DNA of 64,000 bases from Camelus ferus (taxonomy: Eukaryota), in the NCBI RefSeq assembly GCF_009834535.1, contig NC_045697.1, positions 85,376,001-85,440,000 on the forward strand, in the 5' to 3' direction. The notes under the pieces were generated by a model. The model was not told where the DNA came from and ran no database searches. It saw only the letters and a list, made by a program, of their open reading frames with translations. Position 1 is the first letter of the stretch; each line of letters opens with the position of its first letter. The translations under genes and the position numbers were made by a program. Shown here piece by piece: positions 24,501-38,479 of the stretch.

Positions 24501-27399
24501 GAATGGCCTGCTTGTCTGCCAGGACCTGCTCTCCGAGCAAGGAAGCGGGGGTGGTGGTGGAGGGGTCCATCTGTGCACTTTGACAGTAGAACACCCAGCC
24601 TGGACTTCCAGATTCCCTTAGGGCTGAAAAATACGAAAAAAGCTGAATTCCCAGAAGCTATTTTGTTCTGCTGTCTTTTGCAAACAATGAAAATGTTAAC
24701 TGAAATTAGTCGGTCGTTCTTATAAATAACAGAAATAGCCTCTGCTCTGGTTGGAAATTTGAGGGAAATAGAGCGTATTGTGGTTTGGTATGTTTCCCTA
24801 TTTGAAAAGGGTGAAATGAAGCAGGTGGAAGTCGAGGGCTCTTGGTCTGCGCTGAGGAGATGTCTTCCGACCACGCTAGGTGAGCTCTGTTCCCTGAGAA
24901 CGTAGAATGAGGCTGCAGTATTTCCAACTCCTACAGCACGGCAGAGCAGAGCCAGCATTGGGCACAGAATCCACAGGCTAATGCCCTCTCCATGCAGGCT
25001 GGCATTGCAGAGTGGAAAGATTATTAAAGGTTTTAGAGTTCATTATGTCAATAATCTATGGATTAGGGAGCTTCAAAGGCATTTTAACTGCAATGACTCC
25101 AACCTCCTCTGCTACTTCTCTCAGTGATTGCCAACTCTCATTCTGGAAGGAAATTAAATTAGTATGAAGAAGCAATGCAAAATTAAAACATGCCAAAGAT
25201 CTGAATGAAGTTTCCATTCTGTCATCCTCTCCCCTCTGAGCCTCATGGAGTACAGTTCATAGCAAGGCCAAGGCCAGGGCACTCTAATTTTAAAAGTTGG
25301 CCAAGCCTACATAATACCAACAGCTTGCAAGAGGATCAGGTTTTAAAGTAAGTAACCCTGTATTCCTACCATCATTAGTGTCAATAAAAAGAATCATGAA
25401 CAACAGAAATGGCCAAACTAAATGTCCTATGGATAGGAGTAGTCTTTGATTCAGGAAGCCAGACTCATTTTACTACAGGAAGGAGTAGGTCCCCTAAAAT
25501 GCATATGATAAGTGATTTTCAGATATGATAAACTCAAAAGCAATCTAGAAGATAACGCAAAGTAAACCTGGAATGAAATACTGAATATCTTCCTCCCATC
25601 GGAATTTTCTCCGTAGGTGGAACAGAGATAGCTTATAATAATTTAATAATTTCCACTATCCTAGGAGAAGCTAATGTTTCCTGGAATAACGAAAGCCCCC
25701 AAGGGAGGAATAATATGCTTGGTCGCTTTTCTTACTTTAGTTTGGAGACTAAGCCTTATTTCCTGTTGATCTGGAACAAAATGGAGATGACTTCCTGTGC
25801 AACGTTCCCCAACGCAGTTAACATGCTAAGATGGAGCAGGGCAGCAGCGTCTAGCAGCGCCGCACATCAGCCTCAAACGTGAGGCGTGAACTGCCTAGGT
25901 CAGCAAACACTGAGTCCCTGCTGTGCACAACGTGCTACAAATAGACTGAAAGTACGATACTGAACTGAACACGCAACCATACTGTCCTGCCGGTCACCAT
26001 CGAGTTAAGCGGACGTTAATCATGCATAAAAGTATCTTCCAATGTAAGATACTACATACTAAGAGGAAAAGGGTGGGTCAGATAGCAAATGCTTAACAGC
26101 ATCGGGGTGAAGAATCACCAAGAGCTGGTGGATTCAGAGAGGAAGTAGGTTGAGGGGACAAGAAAGAACTAGATTTGGGGAAGGGAGATGGAGGGGAGGC
26201 ACTCAAGTAGAGCTGCCTCAGTAAGAGTTAAACAAATGTCAGTTGAGCACCGTCTATGTGCTGGACACTGAAGGATGGGCCAGTAATACATCACATCCTC
26301 TCTTCTGGAGGAATTAGTGGTCTAGTAAGAAGTGAGGAGGAAGATGTTCTTGTACAGAGGCAAAGAGAGAGCAGCAGAGAACTAACTGTGAAGGTTCCAA
26401 AAATGCAAAATCTACCTTTATAAAAGACAGGAAAACTTAGCAAAAAAATAATTGTCTAATGGTTTACAATCTGTGTCTCTACTGAAATTCCTGGGAAGGG
26501 TTCTGAAGATGGTTCTTAAAATTGCACATCACTTGCCCAGGTTCACAGGGAAAGACTGCAGAGGCAAGGACAAGTATTTCTTCAAGACAGGCTACTTTCT
26601 CAAAGATCACTATTCTCTTTTCCACATAAAATTTCCCTCCCGTTATCCCCAAGGTCAGGAAGCATGGCTCCGTGGAAAAAATCACAGGCTGAGAGTCAAG
26701 ACACTTCTGCTATTGGCAGAAGAACTACCCATGTTGGTGGCTTGTTGGCCCAGGTGTTCTCTAAGGTACCTGGGAGTTGTGAACGTGAGTCTACGTTTCA
26801 TTCATCCTATCTCTTACAGCATAAGGCAGAAACTAAGTTCCCTAAGAACACATGCAACTTGGGCTCCTCCGTGTCTAATTCTAAGACAAGAAAGAACAGG
26901 CTAAGGACAGAAGTGGAGAAAAACCCATCTGCCTTTATGAAAACATGTCCATCCATTCTATATGTTGAATGGCTACTGTTGTGGGTTAGCCTTCACAGGG
27001 GGCTTCCACAATCTTGGAAACAGCACAGAAGAATATTAATGTGAACCCAGTTCTACTTCCCTTGGAAACACTAGAGGTGAGTGGTTGTAGACTTGCTGGA
27101 GGCCGGGACTATAGTATATCAATATAGATTTGATATTTTTACAGTTGTGTTAGCCAGGGGGGAAACTTTTCTATAAGCTGCTCCATGGATTTCTTAGGAT
27201 ACCAAAAACTAAATATGGTCAAAAGAGCTAAAAATTCAGAGAGTAAGAATTTTCCAAGCACTGACTCCATATTCCACACTGAACTGGGTGATATGAGGGC
27301 TCAAAAGAAACATCCTAGGAATTTATAATCTACTTAGAAAGACAAAAGTGACACACCCAGACCCCAGAGTCCTATAATGTCTGTGTCACTCTTTCACTT

Positions 27400-28260
27400 T
27401 TTTACTTAACATTTGTGTAATGAGTCCTTGCTACGTGCCAGGCACTCTGCCGGGGACAGGGAAGATCTCTTGAATCTATGTTTTAGTTGGGGTGACAGTG
27501 CATTCACAGATACATAAATAAGAACGCTCTGTTGGCTGGTATTCATTGCTATGCAGAGAATTAAAATAGACCTGTGTACCTGTGTGAAAGACGATGTGGT
27601 GACGGCCACTTTAGAGGGCATGTTTAGAGAAGGAAACTTGGAGGAAATGACATTGACTCTGAGATATGAAGGAAAGGAAGCCAGTGAAACAAATGTCAGG
27701 GAAAAGAGCATTTCGGGCACAGAGACAGCAGGTGCAAAGGCCCTAAGGTGACACTAGGCCTGGGGCACTGCCGAGCGGAAAAGAAATCAGTGCGGAACAG
27801 AGTGGGTGAGGGGGAGGGTGGAAGGCAAAGGGCAGATCACATACAGCTCTGCAAACCGTCCTAAGGAGGTAGGATTCTGTCCTGAGTGTGGTGGCAGGCC
27901 CTTTAAGCAGGCCAGGAGCGGGATCCCGTCCATGTTTTTTTTTTTAGGAATAAACTCTGCCTATTGTGTAGCAAATGGATTTTAGGGCAAAGATCATTGT
28001 AAAAGCACAAACCAATCTCATCTCTATAAAAGTAAAAAGATGAGACGAAGGCAAGGCTGTTGCAGTTGTCCATGGTAGACGTGCTGATGGTTCAACTTCG
28101 TGGAGGAGGTGGACAGTAATGGAGGGATTCGGGGTACGTTTTACAGGTGGGGTCACCAGAAAACGCAGGTGAGTTGTAAGTAGAAAGTGAGGGAAAGAGA
28201 GGAATCAAAGATAACTCCTTGATTCTAGGAACACAGGTACAATAAAATGACAAAACATAA
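27400..28260 (-). mobile_element. LINE-2 fragment
   Basis: gtgccaggcactctgcc, ggaaaagagcatttcgggcacagagacagcaggtgcaaaggccctaagg, ggaatcaaagataactcc are typical reverse-strand L2 motifs. Confidence 0.7.
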
Positions 28261-30870
28261 GGAATGAAGAGATGGAAGAAATCAGAGAGAAAGGAGATTA
28301 GTCCAGCAGAATTCCCAGGTGACATCAAATAAGTTTTGAATTGCTAGTCATCTGAGGTGCAGTTTTTAAAAGTGAATTCTGATACTGGATAAAGTAGTCG
28401 AGAAGAGGAGAAAAGAGGAAGGTGCTCTCTTCATGTTAGGAGACAAAGAAAGGAGCACAGGCCAAAGTGGGACGCAGCAAGATGTGTGGGGTGAAAATAC
28501 AAAAATACTGACTTCAGTTGCCACGGTGGGAGATGGGCTCTGCTGGACGGAGGGAATGCGGGCGAGGTGTCATACTGGGGAAGGGTAGCGTACATACACT
28601 CACACACACACACACAGTAGTTGCTTCTTTGAACTTCTGTTTCAAAAGAGAGGATGCAAAATATTTGAGGCCACCTCATTTGTCAAAAGTTCTGTAAGGG
28701 GTTGTGTATGGTACATCAGCAAGAAACTAAGAGCGATAGATACAGAAGTTATGAAGAAAATTTGACAAGAAAACATTGCCAACTGGCATCTGTGACCAGA
28801 CTTCTTCATAAGCTGTGTCCAAATGGACAGGCTTTAAATAAAACTTACGAACCTTCTGATGAACCCACATCTGCCAGATGTCATGTAACGGATGCTACCA
28901 GGCCCTTTTCTGGCCAGCAGCACCCACAACAGAGGAATCCTAAAACAGTGGGATAATCTGAGAACGAGGTGGACTACACAGACGTGGGCAAGGGAGAGGC
29001 AGGCACTGAGCTCCCTGACAGGCAGGAAAACGCAATCAACAAAGATGTGACCCCGGCAGGGTCATTAGGACAGAGACCAAGCTCTGAGGTATAATAGTGT
29101 AAAGGAGAAAAATTAGCTATCTTTTCAGATATTTTGTAGAACACATGTCGGCTCATTACTGGTTTGGTACATTCATGATAGCAAGGATGCAAGGAAAAGA
29201 TGAAAGCAAAATACTGTAGCAGGAACAAAAGGCTCTAAAAGATGATCAGTCTGTTCACTCATCCATCAGCAGCAACTCTGACTTTTTATGTACTTACCCT
29301 CTATCTCAGGGCAGACATGCTACCTTCTCAAAGGAACTTTAACATCTGAGAGGCTTTTTGGGTTCTACTCATCACACTAGGAAAGCCAGGTACTCCAATT
29401 ATTCAAGTTCAAAAGATATTCCTGTTCTCATGACAAACCTGGTTTTAAAACTTGCTTTGGACAATTCTGCCTGCTATGTCTGCTGAACACAGGGGCTGTG
29501 TCTTCCATAAGTTTTGATCAAAGAAATCCTAAAAGATTCTAGAGATACTAACCGAGATTTTAACTGTGCTTCTAGTGATGTCATAAAAAGCAATACTCAC
29601 CCACAAGGCAGCGACAACAGAAACTTACTTTAAGAGAGCAAGCAGGATGGAATTGCAGAGTTGATTGCTGATTCATTTATTGGGCCTTACTCTGTGCTGG
29701 GCACTGCATGAGGTCTGGAAATACGGTCGTGAACAAGATGTGCGCGGGAAGTTCTCACGCTTGCAGAGCCTACTCTTCAGCGGGTACAAGAGACGAACAA
29801 GTCAAGGAGTAGGTGTAAGGACTGCAGAGAGCAGCAGCACTATGATGAAAATGAAACAGGCAAAGCATCTGGAGGGGAGCCCCAGAGAGGAGGTATCTAG
29901 GGGGACGGAGCCCTTCTATGCTGAGTGGTCAGGGAGGACCTCTCTGAGGAAGTGACGTTTTAGCAGGGACTTAAGAGCAGAAGGTAAGCCATGGTGGGGG
30001 GGGGGGGAGTCACAGAACTAGAGGAGGCCTTTGACAGATGAGGAGACTGAGGGAGACAGACAGGGAGGACCTAGTTCACCTCCTGGGCTTCACATCTGGG
30101 AACCTGCCTCACCGGTGCATTAGCTGCAGCCCTCAGCCACCAAGACGAACACTCTGGAAAGCCTTGGGGGCCAGAAAACACTGACTCACTAAAGCCAGTG
30201 ACAGTCTCATCAGGTGAGGAAGGACTGGCCAATGTTAAACCCAGGGGAAGCTAGAAAGGGTGGTAACAGCAGATGTTTTAAGGTCCATTATCAGATGAAA
30301 GAGGGATTAGAAGTGCTCTGGCTAGCCCAGCTAGTCCCAGGGGCTGGCACAGCATTACGGAGAAAAAGATCCTGGGACTCAGTAAAATTAGACTTATCTG
30401 ATAAGCCCTTAAACTGAACAGAGCAGTTTAAAAAGCAGGAGGTGTTCTGACAGAGTAAGGATGCTGCCTGACTTTCCCCAGGGAGAGTCTTAATAGGATT
30501 GCAGCAGTGTGGTGTTTACTTAGACGGTCTGTTATCTGAGCTCTCTGTGCACTGTCAGGAAGGGAGCTAGTGTTTATTAAGTGCCTATTGCAAGTTCCCT
30601 GGGGACCTCAGAGGCGAATGAGGCAGAATCATCGTCCTCTGGTGAAACCAGAGACTGATTCTTCTGTACACTCTTATCTCACTTGAATTATAGCTATTTT
30701 TATATTTTTTCTTGTCCCCAAAAAAGCTCTTCAAGAGGCTTGCATAACATGAGTTTACTCAAATAAGTGCCCCTTAGACAAAAATTACTTTTTACTCACC
30801 CTCTCCATAGACTTTTTAAAGTCCTTGTACAAAGTAGGCACTAAATAAAAATTTGCTTAATTATACCATT

Positions 30871-31673
30871 ACTGTTGGTGGAATGTAGTTTGGTGCAGCC
30901 ATTATGGAAAACAGTGTGGAAATTCCTTTAAAAACTAAAAATAGACTTACCATATGATCCAGCAATCCCACTCCTGGGCATATATCCAGAGGGAACTCTA
31001 ATCTGAAAAGAGGCATGCACCCCAATGTTCACAGCAGCACTATTTACAATAGCCAAGACATGGAAACAGCTTAACTGTCTACTGACAGATGACTGGATAA
31101 AGAAGCTGTGGTATATTTATACAATGGGATACTACTCAGCCATAAAAACGAATAAAATAATGCCAATTGCAGCAACATGGATGGACCTGGAGATTGTCAT
31201 ACTAAGTGAAGTAAGCCAGAGGGAGAAATTAAACCATTTATATGTGGAATCTAAAAAAAATGAGAAAAGTGAACTTATTTACAACGCAGAAACAGACTCA
31301 CAGACATAGAAAACAAATGGTTACAGAAGGGAAAGGTAGGGTGGAGGGATAAATTGGGAATTTGAGATTTGCAGATACTAACTGCTATATATAAAATAGA
31401 TAAACAGCAGAGTCCTACCATATAGCACAGGGAACTATATTCAATACCTTGCAATAGCCTATAATGGAAAAGAATATGAAAAGGAATATATATATATTTT
31501 ACATATATACAAAAAGTTTATATATATATATATAAAAAAGTTTATTTATATATATATATATATATATAAAACTGAATCACTATGCTGTCCACCAGAAATT
31601 AACACAACATTGTAAACTGACTATACTGTAGTAAATATATATATATATAAACAAAAAACAAACAAACAAAAAA
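30871..31673 (+). mobile_element. 5'-truncated LINE-1 (ORF2 C-terminal remnant, 3' UTR with (TA)n expansions, A-rich tail)
   Basis: ORF 31025..31309 [15 protein letters not shown]...[11 protein letters not shown] is the L1 ORF2 C-terminus. High similarity to 53380-54165. Confidence 0.93.
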
Positions 31674-32039
31674 GAAGCTTATGGCAGAGAGTAAAGTAAT
31701 CTGAAATGTTGCCCTTCAGAAAAAAAATCCCTCAACATTCTGGACTACGCAAGGAAGTTGGAGGTGGCTGTTGGCTAAAGCCCCCAGGCTGACTGCTAGC
31801 TGCAAACCCATTTTCCTTCCTTTCCCAGACATCTAACCCTCAGTGGTGTGGAGCAGCCTCACCAAGCCAGACTCAGGAGCCAGGCTGGAATCTGAACCTG
31901 GGCCCTGTTCCTTCCTCTGTCAGAAAACCTCAGTATCATTGTGACTAAGTTAGCGGAATCACTCCAAGTCTTGGTTTCCATGTTTGTTACCTGAAGTGGA
32001 ACAGTAGCTCCTGGTTAGGTTGATGAAGGGCTATCTTTA

Positions 32040-32182
32040 CTACATTTTGTTTGTTTGTTTTTGGTAGGGGGTTTGTAATTAGGCTTATTAATGTATTTAT
32101 TTTTAATAGTGGTGCTGGAGATTGAACCCAGGACCTTGTGCATGCCAGGTATGCACTCTACCATTGAGCTACACCCTCCCCC
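32040..32182 (-). mobile_element. tRNA-derived SINE (vic-1-like)
   Basis: Minus strand gggtgtagctcaatggtagagtg...ggtcctgggttcaatctcc. TSD tgaagggcta(t/c)ctt at 32024-32037 and 32186-32199. Confidence 0.85.
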
Positions 32183-33318
32183 AACTGAAGGGCTACCTTG
32201 AAGTCAGTGCACGGTAGGATCACCTCAGCAGCGCAATCCTGTCAGCTGCTAAACGAGGAACCTCAATATCCTGTGATTTTCCCAGCCCCATGTCCTGATA
32301 TCCATCATAAATTGCCAATGTACCTGCTGCAGACTCTCTCAAAGTTGTTCCCTCTTCTCTGTCCAAACAGCTAACGCCTCCAATTGTCCATTTGCTGCAT
32401 CTCCCCTAAGTGCTCTCATACCCACTTCCCACATCTCTCCTCAGTCGTTCTACACATACTGCATTGTTCCCTTTATAAACAAAACCTGTTTCACTCTTTT
32501 AAAAAAAACACAAACGCTTAGATGCTTCCCATGAAGTAGAGAATGAAAACCACGCATGCGGGGTCCTTGACGTCACTACTCGCTCTACAAACTCTCTTCC
32601 TACAACTCCCCCACGCTCTGCTCACATTCCCAGCACCTGCTTCTGCCTCCTTTGCAGGGACACCATGGGGGTGTCTCTGGGGGCAAACTCCCACTCCTTC
32701 AAGATTCCACCATCTACAACCACAGAGAAATTTAGTTGTGCACTTTCTATGCTCCTATTTCTCTTGCAAACCATTTTGAATTCTGTTTGTATGTATCCTT
32801 GACACTCCCAGGGTGGAAAGGATGTGTGCTCTCTCTACAACAGAGATGATGCTGATCACAGAACCCAACACCAAGCATGTGCTCGTAACACTTCCCGGGT
32901 ATGTAATGAACAAATGGAAATGAAAACAACACTGGCTGGTGTTGCTGATTTATGGAATTTGTTTCACAAGAGATAATATAAGCTAAATAGGAAATATGTT
33001 GTAAGCTTTTGACCATTTTATGAGCACTAAACTTATAACAGGTTATTGTGTGACACCTAAAATGTTGGGAAGAGTATCTTTAAGCTTTTGAGGTGGACAT
33101 CATGGACACCTGTGGGCACAGCTGCCATAGACAGATGGTGTGTGCCGGGCGGTGCAGGGGCTGAGCATAAGGATGCATTTCTTCTGTCCTTCAGAACACA
33201 AGAATGTTCTGGTAGAATAACATGGTTCATTACTCAGGAGGGCCTCTTTCCTCTGTAAACACATAAAAATATGTTTGGATGGGATACGTTCTGATCAGAA
33301 AATAGGAATGATATAGAC

Positions 33319-33480
33319 CAGTGCTTCTCAAACCTTAACATGCACACCGATCACCCAGACTCTCTGGTAAAATGCAGATTCTGATTCAAAAGATCTGGGG
33401 TGGGCGCTGAGTCTCATCCTTTCTAACAAGCTCCCCGGAGATGGGGATGCTGGTAGTTCAAGGACTGCACTTGGGGTAGC
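33319..33480. mobile_element. MER5-type hAT-Charlie relic
   Basis: cagtgcttctcaaacctt...aaaatgcagattctgattc...tttctaacaagctcccc. Confidence 0.75.
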
Positions 33481-34699
33481 TCTGTGTCTCCCAATCCTGT
33501 TATCTGGTACGAGCAGCACTACGATTTTCATCTCCAGGATTTTCACTGTTTGAATTCTCTGATTTCTAATTTTCATTCATTTCCAAAGTTTAATATTTAA
33601 ACATCTATTTAGGGAGAAGCTTTGGTGAAATAGAGATTGTCTACATCCTTTCATCCTTTTACTTTGAGAATTAGTATCATATCCTCACGATTTCACAGCT
33701 TTCTTTTCTCTCTACCTTCTTTGCATTAAAAAAAAATGACAGGCAGGATTATTCCCTCTGGGGAATATGTCTAGGTTTATCTTAAAGCCCAATAATGGAC
33801 TAGTGGACCACTTACCATTTGGGAAATTGTGAGTTTTTTTCAAAGTTATACCAAATTTTCTAATTTATTCATATACTTACTGGAGTTGGCAAATACAGGA
33901 CTAGTAAATCAGATACTATCAAGAAGAAATTATCTACTATATGACCATAGAAAAGTAAATACCCTAGACGAGGAAGTGGCATTTGATTCCACGAATCCAA
34001 TCCCATATTTTCCCAAATATCTGATGGTCTGGAAGCTTTACTCCTTCTTCCCCAGCAGTTGTTTTCACAGGACAGCATTCAAGCCTGTCTGCTATCAAAG
34101 AGGATTTGAGGTGGCCTCCAGAGACAAAGCCCAGGACAAAAATCAGAAGAGGAATTTACAAATAAATAGACTCACGATAATATAGTCCAAAGATAGATGA
34201 GGGAGATGGGTGGACCAGGGACCTTAAAGAGCTAAAATGGTTAAACCCTAAATTATTCTTATATCCAGAAAAAAAGAAAAAAGAGGGGCACATGCGTATG
34301 TTGTTCTTGTAAAAAGAACTAAGTTAAAGTTTTCTAACTGTTTGGTCTTAAAATCCAAGGCCAAAAACAAACTGTACACTTCGAGCTGTGTCTTTGGAGA
34401 GATGAGATAATATCCTCGAAGGACACTGGTTCCTGACAATCTTGTAGTTTAGAGAACATCTCCTGTCTTTCTTTGTCTCACTCTTCTGTCTCCTGTCTCA
34501 TTGTTCAGATGAGCTCTCCCCACATCTTGGGTTCCTGTCAATTCAGGATTGATTTTCTTACCAATCTGGAATTTAATTTTTTGGTTCGTTCTTTACTCTT
34601 TTCCATTCTCCCCTGTCGTTTAATTTTTATGTATGTATTCATTTATTCAGTCAAGTTTGGGGAGGCTGCCAAAATTTCTATCTAAAATAGGAAACAATC

Positions 34700-34880
34700 A
34701 CTGGCCATAGAGTAAGGAGATCTGAACTGAAGAAGTTCTGACTGAACAATTTTGGCTTTTATACTTTGAGCAAGTCTCTTAATCTCTTTGAGTCTCAGTT
34801 TCCTCATCTACAAAATGGAGCCAATTATTCCCAGAGTTGTTTTGAGATTAAAAATTGTAGATGTGAATACTCTTTTAAAA
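34700..34880 (+). mobile_element. MIR fragment
   Basis: Core ttgagcaagtctcttaatctctttgagtctcagtttcctcatctacaaaatgg. Confidence 0.75.
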
Positions 34881-36300
34881 GTAAAAAAAGTTTCTATTTC
34901 TTTACAAAACTATAAACCAGCTTCTCAAGCTAGTTGCAAAATTTTATTCAACAGCAAAAGAGATACGTTTTGACTTGCTCTTAAATCAGAGATATGAGAA
35001 GGAGTTTCAGCATCAGATTATTCTCACTTTATTCACCAAATCTATCAGGTAAAAGGTTAAGTTCCTCTTTAATTAAAGACTGACTAGAAACACAGAGGAA
35101 AGGCCAAGAGGTTGGGTTTTTTAAAACAATCATGTAAACAGTAGGAAACTCTAATATTCTCTATTTTAGCCTTGATACGCCTTATCTGAGGACATCAATA
35201 TTGCCTGATGAACAAAGCTGGATTAAAACTGATACAAAGGTGAGTGTGCTCAGGCTTCTTAGGCACTAGATCTAGCGAAGGATTTAAGATGCACGTGTTG
35301 AGATTAGAGAGTGGAGGATTAGGCTCAGTTCCTGGGATGTTCTGCATTATTATTTCTGGATTAAGAGATGATTAAAGAACAGGACACTCAAAAGGCAGAC
35401 AATGCGGACAGACCCCAGAGTCACTTTTCATGAAGAGATTATAGCAAATTATGATGAAATAATACAAACATAAGCCGACAACAATTAGAGACATGGCAAA
35501 CCACAAAATAACTGACCCAGTATGGGAATTCAGATCCACAATTATTTCATTCCATTCCCCTCCAAAAGTAAGATATATAGTTAGGTGTGGTTTTTATTCC
35601 TTTTAAAAACTTTTTAAGGGAAGCATTAAGGAAAGGCTGCAGCTGGTGAGTGTTGGGGGGTCAACGATGTTCAACGCTCATTACAAGACAGAACCTGCCA
35701 AGAGGAAAAGATGCTTCCAAACTGCCTCTTTGTGGTTGCTGCTCTGGAAGGTGTGAATACATTTTAAATGTAGAGTTTTCAATTATAGACTGAATTTGGT
35801 GGCTGAAGTGTTAATATGCGTGTCTCTGTATAAATCCTTTCATTGTGTGAACTTGCTTATTCCTCATTGTATTTTAAAGGACTATAAACTTTTAGAATTT
35901 TTGGAATATCCTATTATAGGTGTCTATAACAGCTCTCATTATTCCATTGAAATATATACTCTCATCCAACTTTTTAAAAAATAATGTATTTAAAAGATCT
36001 TAGAACTGATCTAACTTCCAATCTTACCTCTCAAAAATGTCATATTGTTAATGGAATAATAAAATAACTGCAGACCTGAATTACTATTAGTTACTACTAA
36101 TTTAAAAAGGGGTTCCAAAGCCTACTGATTTTTTAATATTGTACCTACCACATATAATTGGAATAGGTTTCTCTAATAAACTTTTAACTCATTTTCTAAT
36201 CCCAGATTTTTTTATTTGATTCTACTTTTGGAGAAGAATATGTTTTATTATTTCCTTTTCCAGACAACTTGTCTCTAAAGTATGTTAAAGCTTTTGTATG

Positions 36301-36302
<2 letters not shown>

Positions 36303-36347
<45 letters not shown>
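36303..36347. repeat. (AC)n microsatellite
   Basis: Directly visible. Confidence 0.97.
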
Positions 36348-36349
<2 letters not shown>

Positions 36350-37641
36350 CTCATGCACATACACATCAGACTCAGCACATAGTGTACTTTAGGGCATTTT
36401 AACACCCAGGTTTGAATGGCTGGTCAAGGGGACTAATTAAGACGAGAGCTGAAGAAGGGAAAAGAGGTTTGCCTTCAAGAATCGATTCCACAGCTGTATG
36501 TAGACTTACTAAAGCACAGTGACGGACTACTTTGCCTTTTGTGACTGGGGTAGGATCTGTGCAAACAGTGGTTGGGGATGTGAGGCAGCAAGGGAGACTT
36601 ACACCAGCAATTAAAGATAGTCAGAAATTGATATCCCATCTCACTTCCAAAAATTCCTATTAAGATAAAAGCCTTTAACTTCCTAGAAGGACAGGTGTGG
36701 GGCGTTATTTATCTATTTATCCTTGCTCCACCTTCGTGTTATTTTAAACTAGAATGTTTAAGACAAGACAAGTTGTTTAATCATGACCTTAAATAGTGAT
36801 TTAAAGTGGAAAATGTAATTATTTCCCATAAAAAATTCCCTAATAAGTTAATTATTATCAAAACAAAAAACAGGTAACACGTAGCATCCTATGATTAAGA
36901 TCTTGTGGATTTAGACTAAATTAATGATATTTTTGAATCATTAAATTGTAAAAAAAAAATTCTAAGCAAGTTGTGTCCTTGCAAATTAATTTGGCAATTA
37001 ATCTCAATTTAAAAATTTTAGACATTTCCATCAATTTTGCTTCTGAAACCAAAGAGTTAGCACTTGATTTTAAAAGTCTGTGAGTTTAGGTAAGTCTTTT
37101 ATGCAAAACTGAGTCTCAGATTTCTCAGGAGTAGCAGGATATAATAACTTCCTCACTGGATTCCTGTAAAGATTAAGGAAAATGATGGATGTGGAAATAC
37201 CTTGTAAATAATCCAGGGTTGTAATAATACTAATAAATAGAAACTTTTCCATTCACATTGTGAAATCCAAAGCACAGAAACAACTGTAACACAAATTAAT
37301 AACTGACAACTTCACTGAAAACCAACAAAATTTCAAATAAAAATTTCAAAATGTAACACAAAATGCACAATATACATTTGTATGAGACTGTTAAGAAGGT
37401 TAAGTTATTGGATGGTAAGTTTTTTTTAACTGTTAGAATAATGGAATTTTCTGAACATAATGGCATACAATATCTAATTATTGACAACAGAGGGATTATG
37501 AAATGTTTATACAAATAACTAAGAATACTCTTGAAGATAGCGGTAGCAAATTTAATTGAGGGCTCTGTCAGCTTCCTGTTTACCTCCTTTTAAGACCCCT
37601 GGCTCTGTAATGTGTTGTCTCCAAATCTCTTAGAATTGTGC

Positions 37642-37643
<2 letters not shown>

Positions 37644-37684
<41 letters not shown>
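37644..37684. repeat. A-run followed by (AT)n microsatellite
   Basis: Directly visible. Confidence 0.93.
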
Positions 37685-37689
<5 letters not shown>

Positions 37690-38344
37690 CATATATATTT
37701 CATTTATATTAAACAATTTAAGGCATTCTATACTGAGATGAATATCATAGTTAATTATAACAGATGAAATCTGTATACTTTGAATCTTTTTCTGGTTCAT
37801 TTGTGGGCAGGGCTGATTCCTATAAGAGCTGATGAGAATGTCATCATTTTCACTTGTAATATTTGTACTTCATAGAAGCCATCACCTCTGCCATTTTTTT
37901 TTTATTGTTCAGTGACCATCTGCTATGCTGAGTAAGAGTACCTTTGTCAACAGATTTAGTAAATAATATTAACAAAACTTATTTCCCTTATTTATACATA
38001 AAAGTAAATATAAATAGAACATTTTCTATGATATTTTCTTCTTTCATCATAATGAGACATCGTGTGCATTGTAATGAGGCAAAGAGGACACTCTATCTTA
38101 GGGACTTCTGCTTTACAAGACTGACACTATTAGAAGCTGGATAACTATTAAGTATAATTTTAGAGGCAATGGGAAACCTCTACCTCAGTTGTTTAAAAGA
38201 GTATCCTGTATCTTTCATTTTAGTTAAAAGACGTATTTTTAAATCAAATACTCACTGGACCTAACCTTGCAAAGATAATCTCAAATGTCCTTTCCAATTC
38301 CCGGACATCAAAATTCTCTCTTAAACTCATACCAAAGTAGAATG

Positions 38345-38479
38345 GCGGTGAGTCACATAATTTGTGGGACCCAGTGCAAGATCTCTTGTTCAAAATTTAA
38401 GAATTTCAAGATGGCAATAGCAGAGTATTCAACGGAGCACAGAGGCCTCTCCTAAGTGCAGCCCATGAAGCTGGCCCTG
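38345..38479 (-). mobile_element. MER45A-like hAT-Tip100 relic
   Basis: Minus strand begins cagggccagcttcatggg and contains ctctgctattgccatcttgaaattctt and tgcactgggtcccacaaattatg. Confidence 0.7.

Noticed and set aside
24377..24958. 193-aa minus-strand ORF in intron 1
   Set aside because: No recognisable homology or exon context; composition looks like translated non-coding DNA.
31025..31309. 94-aa ORF with real protein similarity
   Set aside because: C-terminal remnant of L1 ORF2 in a truncated element, not a gene.
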